Positions 27,890 to 39,259 of a stretch of 64,000 nucleotides of DNA are shown here, in pieces. Position 1 is the first letter of the stretch; the number at the start of each line of letters is the position of its first letter. Location of the stretch: positions 62,001 through 126,000 of the forward strand of contig CDROCS010005425.1 of the NCBI GenBank assembly GCA_977020255.1, read 5' to 3'. Origin of the DNA: Obrimoposthia wandeli (lineage: Eukaryota). Position numbers and translations under genes: made by a program. The notes below the pieces were generated by a model. That model did not search any database. It was given only the letters and a program-made list of their open reading frames with translations, and was not told the DNA's origin.

Positions 27890-28420
27890 CTTCCCTGATG
27901 GAATTCCCTCCTGTTGAGATTATGGTGGAAAGCAGCAAGTTCGAAAAATAAAGTTTACAACTGAGAAGTGGTATGTTGGCTTCTTGAAACTGCAAATTTA
28001 TTTCAGTGAATTTCTTTAAAATCCCATACTAAATTTAATGCTTTGTGCTTTATTGCTTTCAACTGTTCTCATAGACCAGCATCATTTTCTATTTCGAAAT
28101 ACTGTATGATACTTTCAAATAATTTAGTAAAACGAGTCAAGCATGTTCCCTTTGAGAGCCAACGCACTTCTGTGCATAACAACAACTTTAAAAATTGTGC
28201 ATTATTATCCTGACGCAGCTGTCGAAACGTTTGATCGTTTTTAGCATTAGATTTGATCTTATAGTCTTATTCATGATGAATGAAGTCTAAAGGTTGTCCT
28301 ACAAGATGTTGCTTACAATGAATTCATGGCCTTCCTTCAAATAAACAAACTCGTCCAACTGTGAAGGTCAGACTTTATTTATAATATTTTCGAATAATTT
28401 CGAAATGTTTGATAACTTAA
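27890..28420 (-). mobile_element. hAT (ZBED5/SCAND3-like) transposase relic
   Basis: KIKSNAKNDQTFRQLRQDNNAQFLKLLLCTEVRWLSKGTCLTRF contains the hAT TEVRWLSKG motif. Confidence 0.8.
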
Positions 28421-28623
28421 ATAATAATTTGGCTTCTCATTTAAATACTACGTAATGCGTTTAATTTCATTGTAAGTATTGAATTTTAATAGTATGTCAG
28501 TGACCTTTAAATATGATGTGACCGTCACTGTTGGTAAAGTACATCGGTATCTTTTCATCTGCTTCATTTCACGAATGTGTGAGTACATATTTCATGTTCC
28601 CACTGACGATTCTTCTTGTGCAG

Positions 28624-28749
28624 TGTTCGAGGAGCCGGACGATTCCACTAGCCGGAGCTTTTTCTCTGAGATCATCAGCAGCATCTCTGACATCAACTTC
28701 AGCCACTCTGGGAGATACATCCTCAGCCGGGACTACCTCACTCTGAAAG
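28624..28749 (+). CDS. PPP2R2: PP2A B55 internal exon (FEEPDD...RDYLTLK)
   Basis: gtgcag|...|gtgaca, phase 1-1. Encodes [42 protein letters not shown]. Confidence 0.95.
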
Positions 28750-28804
28750 GTGACATCATCTCCAACACGCTACACTCATTCTACCACTTGACATTCTTCC
28801 TTCA

Positions 28805-29519
28805 CTCCATTCACCACCACCATTGTTCACTAATCCGTCCATCATTATCCCTTGCTCCATTCACCACCACCATCGTTCCACTAATCCGCCCATCATTATC
28901 CCTTGCTCCATTCACCACCACCATCGTTCCACTAATCCGTCCATCATTATCCCTTGCTCCATTCACCACCACCATCGTTCCACTAATCCGTCCATCATTA
29001 TCCCTTGCTCCATTCACCACCACCATCACCCGTCCATCATTATCCCTTGCTCCATTCACCACCACCATCGTTCCACTAATCTTTCCATCATTATCCCTTG
29101 CTCCATTCACCACCACCATCGTTCCACTAATCTGTCCATCATTATCCCTTGCTCCATTAACCACCACCATCGTTCCACTAATCCGTCCATCATTATCCCT
29201 TGCTCCATTCACCACCACCATCGTTCCACTAATCCGTCCATCATTATCCCTTGCTCCATTCACCACCACCATCGTTCCACTAATCTGTCCATCATTATCC
29301 CTTGCTCCATTAACCACCACCATCGTTCCACTAATCCGTCCATCATTATCCCTTGCTCCATTCACCACCACCATCGTTCCACTAATCCGTCCATCATTAT
29401 CCCTTGCTCCATTCACCACCACCATCGTTCCACTAATCCGTCCATCATTATCCCTTGCTCCATTCACCACCACCATCGTTCCACTAATCCGTCCATCATT
29501 ATCCCTTGCTCCATTCACT
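28805..29519 (+). repeat. 51-bp minisatellite, about 14 copies, filling a B55 intron
   Basis: Unit cactaatccgtccatcattatcccttgctccattcaccaccaccatcgttc; one shortened unit near 29025. Confidence 0.97.
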
Positions 29520-29539
29520 CATCGTCGCCTTCTACACAG

Positions 29540-29675
29540 TCTGGGACATGAATATGTCAAAGATGCCTCTTGCCACCTACCCCGTCCACGACTATCTCCG
29601 CATGAAGCTATGTGCCCTCTACGAGAACGACTGTATATTCGACAAGTTCGAGTGCTGTTGGTCGCCTGATGACAG
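29540..29675 (+). CDS. PPP2R2: PP2A B55 internal exon (VWDMNM...CCWSPDDR)
   Basis: acacag|...|gttcgt, phase 1-2. Encodes [45 protein letters not shown]. Confidence 0.95.
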
Positions 29676-30249
29676 GTTCGTTTCACACGTATTCCTAAAT
29701 TAATGGAGAGATTCGCTAAAGATGTCCTACATCACCTTACGAGTCATAATCTAATGCGTGTTTGAGATCATATAAAACAAGCTTTATTTGAGCAAACTCT
29801 CTCAAAGCATTCTATTTTAATTATTGTTACCAAGTAGATTTTCTACTTCCTTGTACATTTGGAAACCATGTTGCGTCTACTTCGACAACAAAGTCCCCAA
29901 TCCGCGATATGCTGTGATTGAGCAGGTAAATTGTATACTGAATTTTGGTCGATTCGCGCAAATTAGGAAGTATTCAAGCGCATGTTGTAGATCCTTTGTT
30001 CCCCTTTAAATGAGTATGGAAAACATGAAGGAATGTGGGAAATATATGATGTGCAACATGTGTGGAATATAACATTGTATATTAAGCATTTCCATTGGAA
30101 AATTTATAAATATTTAAAAATGAATCTGCGCTATGGATAATGAGGATTTATGTATCAAAGGCGTACTTTCTGTTCTGAATAATGCATTTGTTAAATACGG
30201 TATAAATGTTTTATACATACTGCGTTGCAAATACATTCTCATAATTTCT

Positions 30250-30660
30250 TGGGTATTTGGAATCGTATGGACGATTTTACATATTCCATTGGCGTCTCTT
30301 TGTTCAAATAAGAAACAAAGTCATGGTAGCGGCCGAACACTGATGGTGCTCCATCGGTGGCACATGGAACGAGGTACCTTACAGGTCTAATCAACAATGC
30401 ACTGTTATCTACAATGGTAGACTCACCCAACTGTATTAAGAATAATGAGATTTGGTCAATTGGTGAAAATTGGAGCTTGGTGGTTGCAGCAGTAGCTGGA
30501 GTAACACAGAATATATTTTCCAAGTTAATCGTAGAGCCTTTGTCACAATAGGCCAACTTTTCATTTGGATGGCCAAATCTGCCACTCATGGCTTGCGGTC
30601 CGAGGAGAGCCGATATTTGTCACTCCTTCACTACGCCATTGCTGAATTTTTCTCGCTACC
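30250..30660 (-). mobile_element. Internally deleted hAT transposase relic
   Basis: LGESTIVDNSALL (cf. LDESTxxDNxALL) fused to CATDGAPSVFGRYHDFVSYL. Confidence 0.7.
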
Positions 30661-31021
30661 AGACTAGAGATAGTACAGCACCTTATAAAATACGCTGGTT
30701 ACCGATTATGATCAGACTTGAATTCTAAAAGATGTTTGAATATTGCAAGAAAATTCAAATCATATAACCCTTATAAATTAAACTGTAAACGATTAGTGAA
30801 ACAAAAATACAGAATATTTGTAGTTTACAATGCAGAGTTATAAAATAAATATGAATAGAATTATGAAAAAACATTCTTGTTTAAGAAGCATTGTAAAGAG
30901 GTCATGTGACATCTAATCCAATTTACAAAAATGTGTCATCAAGTTCCAGTTTCAGTCTGATCATTAGATTTCTCCCGGGTGTGTATATAAATAATCGGGT
31001 ATGGATCCGCATGACGAGCAG

Positions 31022-31502
31022 ACACGTGTTGACGGGCTCCTACAACAACCTGGTGCGTATATTCGAGCGGGAGGGTCGCCGTGCGGAGGTGACTCTGGAG
31101 CTGGGCCGGCAATTGCTGCTGACGTGCGGGCGACCCCTCAGTCCCAGGACCGTCTCTGTGGAGGGGGGTCACCAGCGGCCACCACAGCACGTATCTGTGG
31201 ACTGTTTGGATTTCCAGCGGCGGTTGCTGCATCTGGCCTGGCACCCACAGCAGCCCGTGCTCGCGCTGGCTGCCACCAACAACCTCTACGTCCTGCACGG
31301 CTCACCCAGCAGCACCGGTGGTGGGGGCTCCAGCAGTGGGGACGATCGGGACTCCTGTCTCAGCGGGGCCCCAGTCGCTGGAGCCTCTTCATTTGCCGGT
31401 GCCACCCAGCAACCGTCCCTCTCCTCCTCTTCCACCGCCGCCAGCGCCAGTACGCCAGCCCACATCGCCAAACCTGACCCACTAGACATTCGTATTAAGT
31501 AG
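31022..31502 (+). CDS. PPP2R2: PP2A B55 last WD40 exon plus Ser/Gly-rich tail (read-through stop at 31500-31502; internal donor probably at 31450)
   Basis: gagcag|A CAC GTG; phase-2 join gives R. Encodes HVLTGSYNNLVRIF...SVDCLDFQRRLLHLAWHPQQPVLALAATNNLYVL, matching human MTGSYNN...SVDSLDF...AWHP...ATTNNLYIF. Confidence 0.92.
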
Positions 31503-32281
31503 TGAGACTCCAATGAAGAGAGCCACATATCGTACCCATGGCACCATTTTCTTATATCAGTTAGAAAAGTTGGTATTCCAGTCAATTGACTGTTCTTTCT
31601 AATTTCAAAATACACACAAGTTTTAGGTGAGAACAAGATTAGCTACTGTTGTTTGATTCGATCACTAGCCTAACTAGTAAAGTTGTGATTACGAAAGGAA
31701 ACACAATCATGCGAACAGAATTATAAAAGATGTCGAATAGTTTACTGGTTCAGAAATACTGATCTAGAAGATCCAATCATAGCAACTTCAGGGCATAAAT
31801 TGATTTGTCGAAAATCCGTCAACAAATCCGAGTGTTAGCGATAAATGTGATTCTCAAAAGGACACTAAAAGTTAAGAAATTTTTTTGTTATATAATTTAG
31901 CAGTGTTGTAGCAAAAATTTGGACACGCTCATATCAAAAATTGTTCTTTTATTAAAATAAATATAAATGTGTGAATATTTATTTTAGAAACAAAATCATT
32001 AAACGTGATGGGGATAATTGGAGAGAGATCAGTAATTATCATTAATTATTGGGATTTTACATTTTCTGAGTCAATTAAATTTAAAAAATCCGAATTACCC
32101 AATAATGCAATGAATGTAAATGCAGTGAGTAATTTTGAGCTATATAATACCCAGGCATGATGATATAACAGCAGGTGTGTAGTGTTTTAGAAAAACTCGA
32201 TTTATTTGATCAGTGAAAATTAAGTTTTGACGAATGAAGAGTTGATGTTTAAATATATTTGATATTTGTATGTGACGACAG

Positions 32282-32412
32282 GTATCGAGAGAGCGCTCAC
32301 ATCACAGTCCACTAGCTCGATGACGACTACAGCCACCAGTACGTCCACATCCGGTTACTCGAGCAACCTGCTTCCGGCCTCCACTTCCGACGAGCGCATG
32401 GACCTCGACTGA
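32282..32412 (+). CDS. PPP2R2: Probable terminal B55 exon (IERALTSQSTSS...SDERMDLD*)
   Basis: GC-rich island after gacgacag|. The phase-1 frame is open to TGA at 32410-32412 and Ser/Thr-rich like the preceding tail. Compatible phase-1 donors at 31450 (gtacgc) and about 31493 (gtatta). Confidence 0.6.
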
Positions 32413-35400
32413 CTTCAGCTCGACCTTGACCCCTCGGAGTCAACTGCAACCAGATACCCATGGTTATGCTCAAACAGTATCCCGCGGTCCGAATGTGGTG
32501 TAATGACACATTGACTCCCCAGTCTCTCTGAAAGCCAGTTCAACAGCCACTGCAATATTTTTTTCCAACTAGATTCTCTATTATTTTCCGTTTCTATGGC
32601 AACACACCACAACTTGTCTCAGATTTAGATCACATCAATTATACGCACAATTTTCTTACTTTTGTTAATTCAATTCCCTTGACCTACATTACTGCTCTTC
32701 ACGAATATGACCTATATTGTATTTCCACATAAATCAATACTTCGATTTTAAAATAATGACCGACATAAGCTATCTTTACTTTTATCACATATATTTTTCA
32801 TCTTTCCACAACTGTGACCTACATTACCTCTCAGAAGCTCACTCATCTCCAGAATGCAAACGCCTATGTCTACCTCACACAGCAATGATTTGGGCTCTCA
32901 GGTATCTATCCAGCTCCCATTCTGATTGGCGAGCCTGTCATCTTAAGATGTGACCTTGAGTTGCCGTCTGTGAAGGTCATGTGTTTACTTTGCCGTGAAG
33001 GTCGCCAGATGGCTGGAGCAAAGTAGGGTTCACTATTCCTCGGCCAAGACATGATCGTGTCGTTATTGTTGCGGTGTTTTATTGTTGTCTATTTCTGGCC
33101 GTATTTTCCAATAAATTGAGTGGTTATTGTTTGAGATGGTCCGCTATTCATTCCCTCCAAAATCAATTTTCTATGTATATGGCGTTCCGTAAAGATTTCT
33201 CTAACTAAGCTTTTCTTAGATACTCAACTAAAATTCTAAAGAATGACTATCAAATGCTTCGGGTTTTCTGTCACAAAACCAATGGATCATAAGTACAGTA
33301 TTTTGCTATTAAATTCACAAGTGAGTTATACAATTGTTTAAGAAAATGAGACAAAATAATGAGTAGTTAAGTAAATATTAAACCACATTCTAAAACAATT
33401 ACGGATACAAATATATATTTTTTGGAAAATTTATTAATGTTATTAAGGAAGTTGTATTAAGATAATAATTATTTTGTAAAATGAATTTTATTTGTAATTA
33501 AATAAATAAATTTTAATAAACCAAATTTTGAAATGCTGAGTACAAAATAGCTTCAGTTGTTTGGTAAATAATTGTACTTTTGGTACATGTTATAGTTTAT
33601 ATTTTCAAAACAGTGTAGCTGTGAAAGTTTTATTCAATAAATGTTTACAAAATATCAAGAGGATAATTACTGTATTATGTGGCTGAGAAAGGCATAATAT
33701 ATCAAAAAATGAAAAACACGTTCAAGCTTGCCTCAGAACATAATGTGTTGGTCCATCCATTTACATTTTTTCGCGTCTCAATATAATATCGGTAAACAAA
33801 ATGTTAAGGAAATGTATTGTTAAACAGACTTAATGTTTTGTTTTGAGCTTACTGAGGCTATTTTATAGAAGTTGTTGTGTTTATTTTCTTGATGAGAAAA
33901 GGATTTTTAACATTCTATTTATATTTTACTCAATAAAAATATTTTCAATATTTACAAATAACACATTTCTTCTGATAAAGATAAACTGGTATATTACAAT
34001 TCTGTCCAAAAAGTATTTTCAGTGAAGTAGAGAAACCGTGGTTCAATTCCCAGTTGCGGTAACTAATTTACTCTGTATTCTAGCAATCATAAGGTATTTC
34101 AGATTTCAATTACAATTCAAATAAGAGTTTCATTCCATTTTGTAGAAATTTCGTTTTAGAAAATGTAACATAATAAGTGTAAATTATATTATGTGATAAG
34201 ATACTGTCCATCGCATTTTGAAGTTAGATTTGGAACTCAGAAGCAAGATCATTGAAATGAAGACGATCCTGGCATAAATATCAAAATTTTTGAAAATTGC
34301 TCGAATAATGTGGATAGATTAAGTTATGTTTTGTTTGATTTTAATAATTACTGGTTTGCTCAATTGAACATAACCTGCAAACCAAATCTTTGAACCAGCG
34401 TGCTGGTATAGTATCTACTTTTTTGAGGAAACTGGGAATGGTGCTAGAAATTTAATCACATTGAAAATGAACTGTATTAATTATTAAGTCATTTAATATT
34501 CTGTAGGTACAAAATACGTTTTATTATCTTACAATGGTATTATGACTGGTGAGGTTGTTTTAAAAATTATTTAATTGCAAATTGATATTTATATATTTAT
34601 TAGGAATGATTTGCAAAAAATATAACATTACAACAGATTCGTAAATTAGAATTATTAATCAATTTTGTTCAAGCAGGTAACCAAATCTACTTGGACTTAT
34701 GTTTATTATAATCTATTGTTTTAAACAAACTGGATCGGTTCAAGATTTATTAAAAATTAATGAAATATAGGTTACGATGAATCGATTAACAAAACCCGAA
34801 AGGAACGACCACAAGGATTATGAGAAAGTATTTTAGTTTGAGGTCGATGGTCTGAGAAGATGAACTGGTAAATCTTCGAACTCAATTTGACTGAGTTGAC
34901 TACCACCTTCTCTGCAAGTTCGGGAATTGCAGGTACCAACATGCTGAGTCGAAGTGGTATCAGTGGTCGAGACTGTTGAAATAGATAGTGTTCACTAATA
35001 CTAGTATTTAAATATTATCAAATCCGGTAGTGAAGAATAACTTCAAACAATCATGAGTTTATAGTTCGGAAAAAGCCTTTTCATACAAAGGATTCACGAT
35101 TACTTTGTCCCAATATATTACTTGCCTACAAATAATAAAACATTCCTGCGATAGTGGAGCTTCTTCCGTGTGTGTCGCATCAATACATAGATATTGTTTA
35201 TAATACAGAATAATAAATGTTGCATGTCAATTTATAATTAAACGATCGAATTTCTATCGTTAAAACTTTCTGTGTACCCATTAGTTAAAACAAGTATATG
35301 ATAATCTGAAAGATCAAATGAAAACTCTACTTACTGAAACACTACATAATTTTATGTTTTCAAAGAGGATCGTCTATAATTTTTGAGGAATTACTATCAT

Positions 35401-37389
35401 TTTACAATACTCATTCTACAATGCCCTGCAAAATTATCTAGTCAGACAACACCACGTTCATCTTAACATGTCCAATTTCGAGTATAGATCAAATCATAAT
35501 CTCAGTTTAAAATAGAGTAAACATTTTAACAGTTAATATATAATACTAGATTGTCTTTTACATGTATATAAATATATCTACATACATATGAGTATTTAAA
35601 AGACATATAAAATTAATAAATCGACTAAATACAATTTATTCATCGGTTGGAATATAAACAGAAAAGACTTTCTAATACGTCACATTTAATTAGAACTATT
35701 TATTTCAATAAAATTAATGTAAGAGTAATGATTATTTGAAAAAAACTTTTAGGTCTTGCTACCAAGAATATGTTGAGGAATCTATTTTAAACTCTTAAGT
35801 CAGTAAATGTATTCTTCATTATTTTTGCATAATTAAGTTGTTTATTATAGTTATGTTTTCTATCGTAGACATAATTCAAGAGTTAGTTTCCACATCACAA
35901 TTTATATTATACTTTGTTAAATAGTAATACCCTAACAAATAATTGCAAGTAGGATAATTCCGGTTTCTGATTACATAACTATAGGTATTCTTAATTTTCC
36001 CCCATTTCTTCAATCATTAATTTCTTGAAAGAACTTGAAAATCAGAATTTTATATTTTTCTTAAATTAAGACAGATTATTAAATTATATAAAATTTTTTT
36101 TTTTTGATTAAAAAAAATAATGCAGTAATTCAAGATCTATTTTAGAATATTCCTGTAACATTGTATACTTTAACTAGAATTAAAATGTATTATCTGCTTT
36201 TGAATTCAACAAGATGTGATTTTTAAAGTTTGAATATTATTCAATTAATCGAAATAATATAAAATATATGTAATATCTTACAAATAACTTAAATTGTATT
36301 AATTACCATTCATCATGTGTTTTATATTAAAAAATATATAATTAAAGAAAAAAAATGAGTGATTGAATATTTTTGATAAGCACTATATATACGGTATTTG
36401 CCAAAATAAGGTCACATCATACATTGTGAAAACTTAACTACGCTAATAGTTATCTTATCATTCTTATTTACTTCAAAATAGCTTATAATATTTGTCACAA
36501 ATTAAAGGTTAGTTTACTATTTACAGATTCTTAATTTTAAGTAAATGTATTATTACGTGCTGCGAGTGAAATTTGTGCTATAAAAAACTCTGCAGTCGCT
36601 TTTAGACAGTTTTTTGTTAGGGTCATAGTTTTACTTTTCTACTTGTATAACTTATAATAAGTTTCTATTTCTGTGAGTTACTTTTTTAAGAACCATCACC
36701 ATTGAAATCAACGGGAAAACTACACTGGAATCTAACAAATTTAATGCAATTGTAAAACAAAAGTAAACTTGTGTAATTGATAAAATGGCAGACAAAATAG
36801 TTATTTATTCAATGAAATGAAACAGAGTCAGCAACAGTTTTCATGGGAAGACTCAAAGTCCTAAGGGTTCATAAATAAAGAAATAAAAAATTAAGATACA
36901 ATCAGAGAGGATAAAATCGATAAAAGTTGGATACTTTTAGTCAACTTTGAAAACAAAACCGCAGTGTGAAGCAATATGCGTATTTATAACAGTTGTCTCA
37001 TTGTCAGGAATTAGAGGCCAGAATTATGTAAATATAAACTAGACTAGGATTTAATTCAAGCTGAAATGTCGACACGTTAGTTTACATTAGTATTAGTTAC
37101 TCTTCAATAAAAAGGAAGATATATACATTAAAGAAATTGGTCAGCGATGGTTGAGTGTATCTAGAATGTTAATTGTGGTTAAGTTTGAAGGTATTTTTCA
37201 GATTTTACTATAATTAAAAAATCGCATTAATATATTTGAAATGACATTAAATGAAACAGCCACACACTAAAGAGAAAAATGTTTACCAAATTACTTTAGC
37301 TGTAGTTGACCCAAATGTATGTGAGTTGATTTGTCGAATGTGGGAATGTGTCAGTTAATGTATGGTGAACAGTGAAGATTGAAGCCCTC

Positions 37390-37576
37390 TCAGTTAATAT
37401 TGGTGTGCTGATTAAGGCGAGAGTACTTGTCGGAGGGGTGGGAGCGACAGCTGCGACAAACTGCAGCCAGAAGGATCCCCAGTACCAAGACGCAGGCCAC
37501 AACACCGAGAACGATCTGAATCCCCATCATCAGAAACCTGGCCGAGTGGATGGCACATAGTTCTTCGTACTGAGTT
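37390..37576 (-). CDS. ACP2: Lysosomal-type acid phosphatase exon 4 (TM helix plus YxxL tail)
   Basis: ctgcag| acceptor, phase 2. Encodes TQYEELCAIHSARFLMMGIQIVLGVVACVLVLGILLAAVCRSCRSHPSDKYSRLNQHTNIN*. Confidence 0.85.
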
Positions 37577-38155
37577 CTGCAGGAGTTTTTTTCAAAATGG
37601 CGTTAAAATGTTTGCTATTTTAAAACCATTTTTTCAAAATAAACTTCTAAATAAGGTTGAACTTTTTAGTGAAAGTAAAATTTTAAATGAAAAAAGTTTT
37701 TAAGTATTTTTAACAACTATATTATTAGGGGGATAACTTACAATTGGTTAGAGGAGCTAGTCTATTGGAAATTGGGAACTTGAGTGAATATCCTATTTTC
37801 TTCCACACGCACTAATCACAACATAACTAAGCTAATGTACAGGAAAATATAGAGTACACATAAAGTCGTAGTAAAATGTTAACTTTCTCATTTGGTAAAT
37901 TTTCTCTCCAAACACATTATAATTTTCAAAAAATTTGACATCGTATGTTTGTGGCTAAGCAATCTAAAATTATAATTAAAGCAACTGCACAAATAATTGT
38001 ATTAATTAAGAAAATATGAATAAATATTGACCAAATTTGTGTTGTGAAATAAACTTTATAATATATGTTTCTCGTTAGAACTACTAAAATTAAGGTAAAA
38101 TATTTGTGTCGAGCCGATATAGAAACTGTGGTTCCCTTGTGAGTGAAGGCTGTAC

Positions 38156-38538
38156 TTGGTGAGGCCATATGGGTCCACGGCAGCCATGAACGATTCGAGG
38201 GGGCAAGGTTTGCCCGGGTTACAGCCCAGCACACGAATAGGAGCCAGTGGCTGTTGCGGGGGTAAGGTGGTGTTCTTGAAGAAGACCTTAACGAAGTCGT
38301 GATGAGAGACATTGTCTCTGTGGAGCTCTAGGATGACAGCAGAGGCATACGGTGGCTGGAAGTGCGGCTTCTGAGTGAGGAGTTTCATGAGGGGAGCCAC
38401 GTCAGTGTCGTGTCCACTGTACATGTACAGACGCACTGGCGAGAAGCCGGGGTTTCGGGAGGCATTCCACATGTGGGTCACCACTTGTTTGAGCATGACT
38501 CCGCCCGCCATGCGCGCCAGATCATCCCAAAACATGGC
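38156..38538 (-). CDS. ACP2: Acid phosphatase exon 3
   Basis: ttgcag|GCC ATG, donor gtacag. Contains RMAGGVMLK, YSGHDT (catalytic HD), PPYASAVILELH and GCNPGKPCPLESF. Confidence 0.9.
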
Positions 38539-39021
38539 CTGCAAGAAGGATGGGGCTAAACAACAGTACAATGTCAGCTTTCCGGACAAATTTTAATAGA
38601 TATTGTTTCATTACATCAATATTAGTACGCTGTTATTGTGTCAATTGAAACATAGTATGAATATCGTGATTTAAATCGCTTCAGTTGTGTCTTTTACAGG
38701 TAAACAATTTTTATGATAGTGAATATTTTTATATACAGGGTAACAATTATTAAGGTAAAGAATTATTTTATTTTGTGTTGTTGCATCAAAAATCGGTAAG
38801 TAATAGGAGTAATAGGAGCAATCGGAGTAATAGGAGCAAAGAGCCAAATGTGCAGCTTGGTATGATCATTTTTGAAGAGTGGTTTTAGTTATATTACATC
38901 ACTTTTGTTAATGACACACTAATCAAAGGATTCTATAAACTGAAACAAAATGAATTTGCATCTGACGAGTTTGTATCTGTCTTTGTTTATTTGTTCAGAA
39001 GGTGATAATTGAAATTAAGTA

Positions 39022-39259
39022 CAAATGTCCCAGTACATGGGAATTCGACAATATTTCATATGGATTTGTCCAGAATGGAAACACCGGCCTTGTTTACTAA
39101 AAATTGGATCTTCGGAAATGTCAATGAGAATAGGACTGCGATTCTATTGATCGAATAATCAGAATAAAATTTGAATAAATGTAACGCAAATGAGAAAAAT
39201 AATAGCATATTTTTAGTGTAAATGTTCAGCTTATTACGAAAATGTTACAGAAAGAATTC
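39022..39259 (-). repeat. Dispersed repeat, copy 2 (see 9595-9883)
   Basis: Reverse-complement match to 9595-9883 with an internal indel. Confidence 0.8.

Noticed and set aside
28811-29551. Long ORFs on both strands (NGARDNDG..., SIHHHHR...)
   Set aside because: They are products of the 51-bp minisatellite inside a well-supported GT-AG intron; no independent coding evidence.
30939-31636. Overlapping alternative-frame and antisense ORFs
   Set aside because: They are shadows of the GC-rich B55 exon, where stops are rare.
34030-34075. tRNA-like GGTTCAATTCCC B-box
   Set aside because: No cloverleaf or A-box could be built; at most a SINE remnant.
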